From the NCBI RefSeq assembly GCF_006345805.1, contig NC_042999.1, positions 109,058,001 through 109,122,000 of the forward strand: DNA of 64,000 bases, read 5' to 3'. Under the pieces are notes generated by a model. The model was not told where the DNA came from. It saw only the letters and a program-made list of their open reading frames with translations, and made no database searches. Positions 1-14,000 of this stretch are shown here, piece after piece. The stretch's first letter is position 1; the number at the start of each line of letters is the position of its first letter. The DNA comes from Octopus sinensis. Lineage: Eukaryota. Position numbers and translations under genes: made by a program.

Positions 1-1149
1 CCTAAAATGTATATTTTATATTTTCTTTTTTAAAATTTCTTGCAGGCAAAATCTAACAAGTACTTTTAGTAAGTATGTGCAATGAATAACTCTTATTAGA
101 TAATAGACTAAAAGTCTGTATGATACATTGCTTTGTCTGAGAAGTTTCAATATAACAACACTTTTAGTGAAGACATTTTGTTTCTAAATATTGTGGAAAA
201 TTGCCACTTTCACGAAACATATTGAGAGAAGTAGATGAAGATAATTCTCATTCTAAATTGAAATATTTATTGCATATGTCTGGTTTACAGTGTTATCCAA
301 TTGAGTATAAGTTCAAATCAGACATAATAACACACACATTTTAGTCTACTGACAGCATTCCTATCTCTCAGAGAATTGTTGAAACTGCAACCCTGTATTC
401 CAATTGGTCAAGTGCAATTCTTATAGGTAATGTTTCTATTGAACAGTAACAATTTGATTGTGGCAGCGGAAACATGGACAGGAAGGAACTATAAGACAGC
501 CAATATTTTGGAAGAAAAGACTACACTGAATGGTTTTTGTTGAAAAGTGTAACATACTTCAAGATGTTAAAAAAATTGGAATTCTGTGACTATGTAGACC
601 TTTGAGTAAATTAATGCTAAAATATTCCAATTTCACACCAAGATACAGCCCAAAATACTAATAGCATAGACCATTAGTCTTAGCCATTCTGCAGCACCAA
701 ATATAGCTGTAATTCTCATATGTTTATTGAACTACACTGCCTACTTGTCCAGCAAACATAGACAGCTATTTTCCAGGATAACTGACAACAAAGTCATCCT
801 TTTCAAATAGGATCCCTCTGTCCATTGATGGCTTGCCAGTTCTACATTGTCCCATGTTCCAACCATTACCAACAGCTTTTAACAAATAAATAAAATTGAT
901 TACACACTCTGAGTACTCATTCTCCCATTTGTTTACACACACATGCACACACACTTGATTAGATATATGGTTGTAACAGTTAACACTTCACATCTAGTTT
1001 TTCAAATATCATTTTCCCAGTCATCAGACTGGATATGAATATATGATAGGTACAGGCAGCATGACAATGTAGCTAAGAGGTTTGCTTCTGGACCACCCAA
1101 TTCTTGGTTCAGTCTCACTGTGTGACAACTTGGATAAATATCTTCTATA

Positions 1150-2100
1150 TATTATTTGCACTCAGTAATACACCTATTGCTATCATCATCTTCTCCTGGG
1201 TTTTTATTAAGATCATATCAAAGCAGCTTTAAAGACAATGAAATTAAGAGCAAAAACACCTGTTCTTTTGCTTTTATTGTTGATAAAAATGGCATCATCT
1301 GTAACTCTTCTAGGACTAAAACCAGCCTGACATTCTGTCATCACTTCTTTGGCTTTACTTTTCCTTATGTTGATGAAGATTCTACTAAACACTTACAAGC
1401 TATTCTGTAGTTTTCAAGGTTTTGCTTGCAATACTTTTTTTATATGATGGTGTTATCTGTATACAGGCCCAGTCTTTTGTTCTCTTTTCCTGCTTTGCAC
1501 ATGATGTTGAACATTGTGTGTAACATATTAACTATGTTCTTTCTTCCTGCTTTTAGTACTTTAACACTAATATCATTTACAATAGGAGCTTTAAGTTTTA
1601 ATTTTTTATTACCTTTCCTATTTCTATTTCTTCTTTTGTTATTTCTGCATGAGTATCCACACCAGATAGACCGTACAGATTTCTGATATTGCTTCCGGGT
1701 TGTGTAGGAATTTAGTGTTAAGGTGTTGTTGAAAACGATCTTTCAAATACTGAAGTACGTCAGCTGTGTTTGTATGTATGTTACTGTCTTTATCTTTGAT
1801 TGCACTGTATATTTTTCTGCTCTTTCCTTCCATATCATGGACTGACTTAAAAAGGTTGTGACTATTATTGTTCTTGAAATCAACTTCTAATAGTTTTATT
1901 TTGTCATGTAGGTTTTTGTTCTTTTGTATTTTAGCTGCTGTTTAGACTGCTTTGTTCTGTTCTTTGTAACGTTTGGCTTTGACAATATCGTCTGGGTTGT
2001 TCAACATTTCTGTTCTTGCATTTCGCTTTTGTTCACAGCATGTCTTTATTTCTAATAGTTGGTCTGTCACTTGTTTTGGAGCTTTCAAGCTGGCGGGATT
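1150..2100 (-). mobile_element. Decayed RTE-type LINE reverse transcriptase fragment
   Basis: Minus strand gives broken RT motifs (DDAIF...KAKEQ..LFNFIVFKAAFDMI), resembling RTE 'DAIF...FIDFxKAFD'; many stops and frameshifts. Confidence 0.6.
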
Positions 2101-2847
2101 TCATCTGTTATTTTGTTTGTTGTTTCTTTCAAAGATGCATACACTTTGTATATGTGTGTGTATATGCATATGTTATATATGCATGTTTAGATCAATATGT
2201 GTTTGTGTGTGTGTGTATATGTGTGTGAAAGTATATATATATATATATATATATGTTTGTGTGCATCTATGTGCATCTCTGTCTGTCTTTTTCTATTTGT
2301 ATGCATATGTATGTAGGTGTATGTTTTGCCATATGTGTGTAGTTGAGCATGCACATGAATGTTTGCGATTCTGTATTCACATGTGTCATGAGAAGTTCAG
2401 GTATGTGCATGTATATCTCTGTATATATCCTTATGTGTACAAACATATGTATGTGCATGCATATGGGGTTGCTTAAGAAGTTCACTTTCTGGCCACATGG
2501 TTTCAGGTTTTGTTTCACCTTGCAGCAAATTGGCAAGTGTATTCTACTATAGACCTAGGCCAACCAAAACCTTGTGAGTGGATTTGGCATTTGGAAGCTA
2601 AAAGAAAAAAAATTTATAAATATAAATTAAAAATTTTTAATTTAAATAATTTAAATTTAAATTTTATATTTTATATATTTTGTATATTATATTAATTATG
2701 TTTAGTTTTATGTTTTGGTTTATGTTTTTTAATTGTTTGATTTGCCTAATAGTGGTTTTATTTCTAATTTAATTTATATTTATACTGTGAAATTGGATTT
2801 AATCCTAAATCTAATTTTTCCCTGTAAGTTTGGATTTACTCCCTAAT

Positions 2848-2889
<42 letters not shown>

Positions 2890-2893
<4 letters not shown>

Positions 2894-3092
2894 CCAACCA
2901 GTTGCCATGATTGACCACTAACTCCAAAAAGATTTTATTCTCTCTCTGTTTATTTCCTTATGTTTCTTTCTGTTGAAAAGCATAGACTCTAAACGTAAAA
3001 AACTTTCTCATCTTCTTGAGCATCAAAACTAATACACCTGCTTGTTGCTTATACACCTGTCTTCGTCTTTTGTTTTTCTGTAAATTTCAACT
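2890..3092 (+). mobile_element. Short PLE-pLTR-like repeat with degenerate minimal hammerhead motif
   Basis: Flanked by (TA)n; 2965-3002 reads tcttt-CTGTTGA-aaagcatagactc-TAAAC-GTA-aaaaa, which has HHR spacing but a damaged core. Confidence 0.35.
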
Positions 3093-3101
3093 ATATATAT
3101 A

Positions 3102-3425
3102 TCTTAATATATAAAACTGAGAATGTGTGTCAGTCTGTGTGTCTGTCTGTGTATCTGTCTGTCTGTCTGTGTGAATCCCTAAACTCGAGAACTACACTAC
3201 CAATTTCATTCAAATTTTACACATGCCTTACTTAGGGTACATGCAGTGTCATGGGCCAAAAATATTTTCAACTTCTTGCTTAATGCGAACCTGGAGCAAT
3301 CTCTTATCTCTTACACCATTTCAGTATTATGTGTCAAAAGTGAAAGAACACCTCTATTGTAATGTGAGATACTTTCAGTTTAATAGTTTCACTATTAATA
3401 CTGAAGCTATTAAAGCGAAACTATT
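3102..3425 (+). mobile_element. Non-autonomous Helitron-like 5' end
   Basis: TC start, AT-rich leader, (CTGT)n microsatellite, then 'actacactaccaatttcattcaaattttacac', the layout typical of Lep1/DINE-like non-autonomous elements; no 3' hairpin seen. Confidence 0.4.
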
Positions 3426-3429
3426 ATCT

Positions 3430-3541
3430 CACATACATATACACACATATATTATGTGTATATATCACATATATATGTATATATTTATATATATATATAT
3501 TGATGTATATGTATAGATGTATATGTATATATATGCATGTA

Positions 3542-3583
<42 letters not shown>

Positions 3584-3665
3584 TAAATATATGTATGCAT
3601 GTATATATGTATATATATATATATTGATGTATATGTATAGATGTATATGTATATATATGCATGTA

Positions 3666-3715
<50 letters not shown>

Positions 3716-3742
3716 ATATGCATAAATATATGTATGCATGTA

Positions 3743-3799
<57 letters not shown>

Positions 3800-3820
3800 A
3801 CATATATATGTCTGTATATA
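3430..3820. repeat. Compound (TA)n/(TG)n microsatellite with ~124-bp higher-order repeat
   Basis: The block 'ttgatgtatatgtatagatgtatatgtatatatatgcatg...gcataaatatatgtatgcatg' recurs at ~3500 and ~3624. Confidence 0.85.
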
Positions 3821-3821
3821 T

Positions 3822-5252
3822 AGAGACAAAAATTGAGTGCATAAACATTGAAGAAGATGTAATGCTGGCTATAGATGAGGTTGACACAAACTCAGCTATT
3901 GGCCCTGATGGAGTTCCAGTGGTCCTTCTCAAATCATGCAAGCAAACCCCTGCAAAACCACTGCAGCTTCTCTTTCAGAGCTTCCTAGACAAACTGAAGG
4001 AAGGAATAATATGTCCTATCCATAAGGGAGGAAGCAGGGCAGATGCTAAAAATTATAGGCCTATCTCTGACTTCACACATCAGAAAAGTCATGGAATGAA
4101 TAGTTCACAAGAAACTAATCGTGTTCCTTGAAGAAAATGACTTGCTGACTGACACCTAGCATGGATTTTGGCCAGGTAGAAGCTGATTAACACAGCTCCT
4201 GCAACACTATGACTGGGTGTTAAAACAGCTGCTGAATGACTCAAATGTGGATGTGATATATCTCTACTTTGCAAAAGCCTTTGACAAATTCGACCATGTC
4301 ACAAACTGCATGATCTCTGCATTGGTGGAAAACTTACAGAGTGGCTGCATAACTTTCTAAAAGATAGACATCAGGCAGTGGTGGCCAATGAAGCCACCAC
4401 CAAAGAAACACAAATAGCAAGTGGTGTTCCACAAGGCACTGTCTTAGGGCCACTGCTCGTCATAGTAGCCCTCTCAGACATGCCCTCAGCTGCTCAGATA
4501 GCCACCCTTGCTAGCTATGCAGATGACACAACAGTCTCATAGATAATACAAAATCCTGGAAATATTGCACATCTACAATGGGAGTTGGATGCAATATACA
4601 GGTGGGCTGACGACAACAACATGCAATTTAATGCAGGAAAATTCCAGGTCCTACTCTACCAGCACACAAAGCTAAATGATATGCAGTCAGGATACATGGC
4701 CAAGGAGGAATTGAAATCCCTGAATCAAAATAAGTGCATGACCTGGGCATTGACATGAACAATGATGCAGCTTTTCAAGTGCTTATTACCAATTTGATAA
4801 TAAAATGCAGATGGCTGGCTGGCTGGTTGGATGCTCCAAAATTTCAAAACAAGAGAAAAGGAAACATCGATGATCCTTTGGAGGACATACATCCTCAGCT
4901 ACTTGGACTACTGCTCCCAACTATGGTCACCACACACTGTAAAATCCATGGTGGAACTTGAAGCAATCCAATGAAGCTACACTAGGAAAATCGTTTTGAT
5001 GCACTGTATCAGCTACTGGGAAAGACTGAAAGAATTAAAACTTTTCTCCCTAGAATGAAGGCGGGAAAGATATGCAGTGATATATATCTGGAAAATCCTA
5101 GAAGGCCTTGTACCAAACTTTGGCATTGAAAGTTACTCAAACTGCTGAATGGGGTGCCACTGCATAATGCCAAAGATCCCAGCATTGCCATCAAAATACG
5201 GGACCAGATACTGCAACAGCTTGGGCTTCAAAGGCCTACAGCTCGTCAATAT
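3822..5252 (+). mobile_element. CR1-group LINE RT remnant (copy 1)
   Basis: SAIGPDG...PIHKGGSR..KNYRPIS, DVIYLYFAKAFD, GVPQGTVLGPLL, YADDT motifs, interrupted by stops and frameshifts. Confidence 0.9.
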
Positions 5253-5257
5253 TCTGG

Positions 5258-5662
5258 CACTTATTCTATTGGCCTCTTTTGCCAAACCACTAAGTTATTG
5301 GAATGTAAACAAACCAGCATCTGTTGTCAAGTAGTGGGTGGGGACAAACATAAAAATTGCACACACTCACATATACACACATATATATATTCATATATGC
5401 ACACACACACACACACACATATTCATGTATATATATATATATATAATGCATGTGTACACACATACACTCATATTTATATATATATATATACAGCATATAT
5501 ATGATGAGCTTCTTTCAGTTTCCATGTGCCAAATCCACTCATAAGGCTAGAGCTGATTGAAGGCTATAGGAGAACACACTTGCCCAGGATACCACACAGT
5601 GGGACTGATTGCAAGACTACATTGTTGGGAAGCAAGCTTCTTAACCACATCACCACATCCAT
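5258..5662 (-). mobile_element. tRNA-derived SINE with internal (TA/CA)n (duplicated at ~7482-7890)
   Basis: Reverse complement matches the family seen intact at 47667-48055 (ttaagaagcttgcttcccaac...cagtcccactg...tgggcaagtg...gagtggatttgg). Confidence 0.8.
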
Positions 5663-6049
5663 GCTTATATTATGTATTAGTCAGAGTGAGGTCTTCTGAA
5701 GAAGAAGACTGGAGCAAACACAGCCAAAAGATAGTGAAAAGCAACAACCAAGTTGAAGAAATGATTCCAACTATTTAATACATAATATAAAAATTCTTCA
5801 TCTCAGAAATACAGAATTGTACGTATGCTTTTATATATATGTAACCATCCCTTTACGAGGTTAACTTGTCCTCTAAGCAACTTTAGTATATTTGTGTATA
5901 TATATACATACATATATACATATATATATACATATGCATATATATATATATATATAAATATATATACACATACCTACATATATACATATATATATATATA
6001 TAATGTGTGTGTGTGGTGTGTGTGTGTACATATATATGTCTGTATATAT

Positions 6050-7476
6050 AGAGACAAAAATTGAGTGCATAAACATTGAAGAAGATGTAATGCTGGCTAT
6101 AGATGAGGTTGACACAAACTCAGCTATTGGCCCTGATGGAGTTCCAGTGGTCCTTCTCAAATCATGCAAGCAAACCCCTGCAAAACCACTGCAGCTTCTC
6201 TTTCAGAGCTTCCTAGACAAACTGAAGGAAGGAATAATATGTCCTATCCATAAGGGAGGAAGCAGGGCAGATGCTAAAAATTATAGGCCTATCTCTGACT
6301 TCACACATCAGAAAAGTCATGGAATGAATAGTTCACAAGAAACTAATCGTGTTCCTTGAAGAAAATGACTTGCTGACTGACACCTAGCATGGATTTTGGC
6401 CAGGTAGAAGCTGATTAACACAGCTCCTGCAACACTATGACTGGGTGTTAAAACAGCTGCTGAATGACTCAAATGTGGATGTGATATATCTCTACTTTGC
6501 AAAAGCCTTTGACAAATTCGACCATGTCACAAACTGCATGATCTCTGCATTGGTGGAAAACTTACAGAGTGGCTGCATAACTTTCTAAAAGATAGACATC
6601 AGGCAGTGGTGGCCAATGAAGCCACCACCAAAGAAACACAAATAGCAAGTGGTGTTCCACAAGGCACTGTCTTAGGGCCACTGCTCGTCATAGTAGCCCT
6701 CTCAGACATGCCCTCAGCTGCTCAGATAGCCACCCTTGCTAGCTATGCAGATGACACAACAGTCTCATAGATAATACAAAATCCTGGAAATATTGCACAT
6801 CTACAATGGGAGTTGGATGCAATATACAGGTGGGCTGACGACAACAACATGCAATTTAATGCAGGAAAATTCCAGGTCCTACTCTACCAGCACACAAAGC
6901 TAAATGATATGCAGTCAGGATACATGGCCAAGGAGGAATTGAAATCCCTGAATCAAAATAAGTGCATGACCTGGGCATTGACATGAACAATGATGCAGCT
7001 TTTCAAGTGCTTATTACCAATTTGATAATAAAATGCAGATGGCTGGCTGGTTGGATGCTCCAAAATTTCAAAACAAGAGAAAAGGAAACATCGATGATCC
7101 TTTGGAGGACATACATCCTCAGCTACTTGGACTACTGCTCCCAACTATGGTCACCACACACTGTAAAATCCATGGTGGAACTTGAAGCAATCCAATGAAG
7201 CTACACTAGGAAAATCGTTTTGATGCACTGTATCAGCTACTGGGAAAGACTGAAAGAATTAAAACTTTTCTCCCTAGAATGAAGGCGGGAAAGATATGCA
7301 GTGATATATATCTGGAAAATCCTAGAAGGCCTTGTACCAAACTTTGGCATTGAAAGTTACTCAAACTGCTGAATGGGGTGCCACTGCATAATGCCAAAGA
7401 TCCCAGCATTGCCATCAAAATACGGGACCAGATACTGCAACAGCTTGGGCTTCAAAGGCCTACAGCTCGTCAATAT
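6050..7476 (+). mobile_element. CR1-group LINE RT remnant (copy 2)
   Basis: Same sequence and RT motifs as 3822-5252. Confidence 0.9.
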
Positions 7477-8231
7477 TCTGGCACTTATTCTATTGGCCTC
7501 TTTTGCCAAACCACTAAGTTATTGGAATGTAAACAAACCAGCATCTGTTGTCAAGTAGTGGGTGGGGACAAACATAAAAATTGCACACACTCACATATAC
7601 ACACATATATATATTCATATATGCACACACACACACACACACATATTCATGTATATATATATATATATATAATGCATGTGTACACACATACACTCATATT
7701 TATATATATATATATATACAGCATATATATGATGAGCTTCTTTCAGTTTCCATGTGCCAAATCCACTCATAAGGCTAGAGCTGATTGAAGGCTATAGGAG
7801 AACACACTTGCCCAGGATACCACACAGTGGGACTGATTGCAAGACTACATTGTTGGGAAGCAAGCTTCTTAACCACATCACCACATCCATGCTTATATTA
7901 TGTATTAGTCAGAGTGAGGTCTTCTGAAGAAGAAGACTGGAGCAAACACAGCCAAAAGATAGTGAAAAGCAACAACCAAGTTGAAGAAATGATTCCAACT
8001 ATTTAATACATAATATAAAAATTCTTCATCTCAGAAATACAGAATTGTACGTATGCTTTTATATATATGTAACCATCCCTTTACGAGGTTAACTTGTCCT
8101 CTAAGCAACTTTAGTATATTTGTGTATATATATACATACATATATACATATATATATACATATGCATATATATATATATATATAAATATATATACACATA
8201 CCTACATATATACATATATATATATATATAA

Positions 8232-8264
<33 letters not shown>

Positions 8265-8265
8265 G

Positions 8266-8298
<33 letters not shown>

Positions 8299-8306
<8 letters not shown>

Positions 8307-8597
8307 AAAGGGCTTAGTAAAATAAATTACTTTGCCGCATACTGAACTCATTAGAAATAGCAGCTAAAAAACTTTTTTAAAGCTATTTCTAATACTTAAA
8401 GAAAATCTCTCTCATATATAGTGTTTGCTTAATTCAACTCACAACTCACTTTTGTGAGTTGAATTAAGCAAACACTATATATGAGAGAGATTTTCTTTAA
8501 GTATTAGAAATAGCTTTAAAAAAGTTTTTTAGCTGCTATTTCTAATGAGTTCAGTATGCGGCAAAGTAATTTATTTTACTAAGCCCTTTTATATAAT
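8299..8597. repeat. Perfect palindrome, 146-bp arms, 7-nt spacer
   Basis: 8299-8444 is the reverse complement of 8452-8597; spacer ctcactt; the cassette lies between (TA)n tracts. Confidence 0.95.
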
Positions 8598-8690
8598 GTG
8601 ATAATTTGAATTCGCCTTGAATGGTCCCTTTGCATACTGAACACTTGGTGAAATTGATTAATAATTAATTAATTTTGCCCTCAATTGTTG

Positions 8691-8729
<39 letters not shown>

Positions 8730-9677
8730 TTCTCTCCCACTGCAATTTTGGTTTAAAGTTTATGTGTGTGTCATGGCAAGGTAGAATTGAGATGTGAAGC
8801 AGCAAAAATTGTTATTCAGAAATTTTTGAAGTATTTAGATACATCCTTTTGCATTTCATTTTTCAAATTTCACCAGAGCTAACTTTGTCATACATCCAAC
8901 AAATGTTAATAAACAAAAGATACCAGTAATATACTGATGCATGTTTTGCTCCTTCACATTGATGACCTTGTATCTGTGAAAAATCAGTGTAAGTTCTAAT
9001 AATTAACAATTCCATAAAATTGCAATTCACTTCATTTATTTTGGTCACAATATTTCAACAAGTTACATTGTATAAACAAAGTAGAGAATAAAATATTTTA
9101 TGACTGAGGCTCTGCAATAAAATGCAGCATTGGTGACAGGGCATCAAAAATCCATTGTAGTTCTTGTAACTGAAGCAACAAAGCAACAGCAGTAAAAAAA
9201 AATTAATATTAGAAAAACACTTGTTCTGAAAATAGTAATTTACATAGACCAGGAGCTCTAATCTATTTTACAAATCCTCATTTGGAATATTTCATGTAGA
9301 AATATCTTTGCCTGGAGCATAGTGCAGAAAAGGTCTCACTAGAGCTTGTTTTGGTTTATATGGATTTATGATTAAGTGTGACAATACTGAATGGATATTG
9401 TCAAGTGGATGTCAAAAGTAAGAATTTGTACATATTAAATGGAACCTTATCTGTTAAACCTATAAGTATATTGATGAAATAATAGTAAAAGGGGTGTTTA
9501 ATTGAATCTATGACAGAATGATTATGTCCTTGGTTTGTTCCCATTCCATAGTATCTTGATAAAATTTAGTTTTCTACAGCTTCAGAGCAACTCAGAACTT
9601 GTTAGTGAAAATTGATAGTAAAATAAGCTGCAGAGAAGCTCCTTGGATGAATGAATTGTACATTAAGAATTATCTTA

Positions 9678-9727
<50 letters not shown>

Positions 9728-9748
9728 TGTGTGTGTGTGTGTGTGGTG

Positions 9749-9781
<33 letters not shown>

Positions 9782-9947
9782 ACATGCATATATCTTTTAA
9801 ATTTGTTTATGGGAAATGTTTTGAATATTCAAATAATGCTCCTATTCTATTATGTTGGCCACAGTCTAATGATACTGAGTGGTGAATCAGTTTTTCAGGG
9901 TTGCATTGAGATGTACTGATATATTTATAATAATAATAACCATAATC

Positions 9948-10122
9948 TTTGGATGGAATTTATTAACATTTAATGCATCACTATACACATTTCCACAAAC
10001 CACATGTCTCTTATGATCACAGTCCTTATTCCTGGGATGATTACAGTGCAGTCTGTAGTATACATTGATATCGGGTTGATCATCATCATGGATGCGTTAA
10101 ATGTTTATAAATTCCATCCAAA
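9948..10122. mobile_element. MITE-like element with ~32-bp imperfect terminal inverted repeats
   Basis: tttggatggaatttattaacatttaatgcatc (9948-9979) vs gatgcgttaaatgtttataaattccatccaaa (10091-10122); flanked by (AAT)n and (ATT)n. Confidence 0.6.
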
Positions 10123-10150
10123 TATTATTATTATTATTATTATTATCATC

Positions 10151-10196
<46 letters not shown>

Positions 10197-10981
10197 GTAT
10201 GTGATTATGTGTGTATGGAATACTCAGCCACTTACATGTTCAGTCAGGAACTGGTAATTCAGTTGGTTGCATAACTGAACTCTCATTGCTGAAGAATGGA
10301 TACTCGCCACCATGTTTAATATTTGCAACATTTAATATGTCTTCTTGCTTCTTGAAGATATGTAAACACATTATTTAAAAAGCTATTTATTAACAATTAT
10401 AATATACAAAATATTTATGTAATATCATAATAAATAATTATTGTAAATTTACTAGCACTTTTGTAAGTATTGGTGATTTGTACCCATTAGAATTTTAAAT
10501 AATGTGTATTTAATACAATATGTTCAAAAATTGGTTTCTTTTTCATTTCAAGAATTTAATTAAGTAAAATTTTAGAAGTTACCTAATAATAAAAATGAAG
10601 CCAAAGATTTTTATGATTTCTACTTTAGTTTTCATCTTTTTTTTTTTTCAATTAGTAATATTTAGTTTAAAAGTAAGATAACATAATATCCTTTATTTAA
10701 AAACTTTTATTTCAGAAGATTCATGTTCCAAAGAGATAAAAATTAGAAATACATGCCCACTCAAATAGATTTTTATTTGTCATATTGTGTATAGCTGTGG
10801 ATGTGCAAGCTTTTGTATATAAATCATGTGTATTGGTGTAAAACATACCTAATAAATTCATACAATATATATAATGTATCTATACAGATACGTAAGTATA
10901 AGTATTATATATGCAAAATATATATAAAATATGATATTATATAGATAATGCATGTTCAACAATTGCATACATATGTACACA

Positions 10982-11012
<31 letters not shown>

Positions 11013-11019
11013 GTGTATG

Positions 11020-11087
<68 letters not shown>

Positions 11088-14000
11088 AACACATATATAT
11101 ACATACACACATACATACACTGTATAAATGTAGTAAATGTATGTTTTTGTGTGTGAGTGTGTTTGCATTTGTAAAAAACAAACAAATTCTGAAAATATTT
11201 ATTCAATTTGATTTTGAAGGTTTCAGAAGATATGTGCAGTCAAAATAGCTACTCTGCATAAAGGACAATAAAATTATAGGTTGATGTCTAATTTATGGCA
11301 TTGTTTCTCATCATTTCTTTTTATTTGTTTGTATATCATTTGTGCTATTCATCTAATAACTTTAAAAGAGAATTCTGACTTGAATATTTTCTTCAGTAAA
11401 ATTTGAGTAAAAGATTTCTTTCAAGAAGAAAATCAAATTTCAATATTTATTTCTGGGAAAGAGTGAAATTGAATTTTCATTTATAACCATTCAGTTGATT
11501 TTTTTTGTGTGTGAAAATTGATTGCTAATAGGGAAATGTATATCAACATCGACACCTTTATGCATATAGATGTGTTTAGGTGTTTGCATGCTCAATACTG
11601 AAGATTTGTATAGGTTAACATTAAATTAGAAAAGAAATATTACAGCTTTAGATGCAATACTAGATTTAGTCAATGAATTCTATATGTGGTTTATCACCAT
11701 TTCTCTTTTCTTTCATTTGATTTTTCTTTTCATGTATATACATTCTATAAGAACACCTTTTGGTTTATGTTGTAATGAATTAAACATGAAAACAAGGAAA
11801 AAAAAGAACATCACAAAATCTCATGAAAAACTTGAATTGAGCAATATATTTGTATTTCCAAATATTTCCTAACCAGAACAATGTGATATATTTGCAGAGA
11901 AACAATTGAAAAGTAAATATATATCTTAATATTTCACAGAAGCTACTTCTCTTTCAGATATTTAAAACTACATGTTATCTGAACATTTCTAAAAAATAAT
12001 CTAAAATGTGTTACACTGTCACATCCTTTCTTGGTTTATGTGTACTTCATATATATGCTTCTATGCCATTGCTTTTCATTTAAGCACCATTTATTCCTAT
12101 TATATGTCTATTCCAGACATCTCTCTTGAATAATGTTACCAAACAATTTATCAGGATATTTCAGGGGTGATTATAACATTGGATTGTTACTTATCTCCTG
12201 GAGTATAAGGAACCAAAGACAATGGCTGGCCTAATTGCTACAAAATAGCAGGCAAATCTTTGTCAGATTACACCCAATTGATTTTTCAAAAAAAGGAAGA
12301 ACTGATTTGCTAATGTAGTCCTGGATTTACATAAAATATTGCAATTACTTTCTTTGGAATACTTCAACCTCCTTTTGCCACCACCCTGTTTGGAGTCTGC
12401 TAATACCATTTTCCAAAGGTAACTTGCCAACGTAGAGAACAATAGCTCATTTTTCATCTGAGAACTGTTCCCAGTGGTATGAAAACTTACTTTTAATTTC
12501 TCTAAATATGCTAGTCATACTTCTGCACGTGTTTGTCACTCTTCATTGTCATATGTGCTTTTTGTCTGGTGCTAGTCTGTGTGTCTGTTACCAACCTGCT
12601 TATGCCATACTTTACTCACATGCTACTTACATCAGTTGGTTGCTTTGCCTTTACTGCATCACATCTCACACCAATGATCTTTCTATTGCCATCTCACCAT
12701 GACCCTTATTGAGTTACTTCCTCATTCTCATTTCAACCCTACTAACCCTACTTAAAATATTCACTTCTCTGTCACTTCCATTTAGAAACTTGTACTTACT
12801 GTTTGGTAGGAAAATGAGGAATATGGGGGCATGTATTGTAACAACATCTTGCTTACAACTTTTGGTGGATGATGCCTTTTCACCACTCAGCTGAAAACTC
12901 TCCAACCCATGGGTCTGTTTTGGGTAGTTGTTGGTGGTGAAAGTTTTACAAGGTCAGAGTGCAAACCAAACCCAACCACTTTTAGTTGCCTTTTACAACA
13001 TGCCAGTTCCTACACTAGAGCAATGTGAAATGAAGTGCTTTGCTCAAGAACAAAACTCGCTGTCCATTTCAGGAATTGAAGCCACAGTTTGGTGATCACA
13101 AGTGCAACATCTTAACCACTAGGCTGCATGCCTTCACAATACTAATTCAGGATTGAACTTTAGATAAATAAATATAGGGCATGATATGAAGTATTTAATG
13201 ATTTCTGAAAATACTTTGTATGGTTAAAGAAATGACCAGTCTTCATGTTTATGTTAGGTTCCTAGATGAAAGTAATCTCTTACATTTACTTTTACTTATT
13301 TACTTGTCTATTTTATTTTATTTTTATAATTTCAGTTAGTATTTTTTATAGTTTCATAATGTACAATATGAATGCTATGTGAGTAGAAAGCTTTTTAATT
13401 AATTTTTTTTTTATAAATGTTTAATTGAAAAGAAGTAAAGCAAAATTTTGATTCAGAGGGAATCACTCATGTGGCTTTCTAATGCCTGGTAGTAAATAAA
13501 GGATTAGAATACTTCAAGAGATTAAACAAATCATTAAGCTGTCTTTAAAAGGTTTCAAAGTGTTAAGTCCATCAAATGTCACAAAACAGGTTTAAGAAAT
13601 GTTGACTTAACTAAGACCATTTTTTAGAACAAAATCCTCCTACAATTCCCGGTTAAGAGGTCATTTTTCCCAGTGGATCTCTTTACTACCTGCAGAGGTT
13701 AGGGTATTCCTACCATAAGGTATATATGTTTCACATCTATGACAAAATTATGAATATAAATTTAAACTAAAAATGACTCAAAAACCTTTTGCACACAGCC
13801 TATTTATCACAATTTCTCATGGAACTCTAGGGATCCAGTGAACCCCCATTAGAAAATTGACGAGTTAGAGCATCAGATAGAATACCCTACCATATTTGAT
13901 CTAGCTCTCTATGATCTGAGTTCAGGTCCTTTCAAGATCAACTTTGTTTTTCATCCTTTTGGAGTTGGATTTGCAAAATGCTAGATGAGCTATCTTGTAG

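Larger units (their letters stand above)
3779..8252. repeat. Tandem duplication, unit ~2228 bp
   Basis: Identical ORFs offset by 2228 (ends 4131/6359; 5557/7785). Visible differences are one GGCT copy and microsatellite lengths; junctions lie in (TG)n. Confidence 0.97.

Noticed and set aside
1973-3941. Long Y/I/C/V/H/T-rich ORFs here and throughout the ORF track
   Set aside because: Translations of (TA)n, (TG)n and (CA)n microsatellites, not proteins.
8540-8660. Hammerhead or twister reading of ctaatgagttcagtatgc...actaagccc
   Set aside because: Core is CTAATGA, no GAAA directly after the stem, and twister pseudoknot pairings could not be built.
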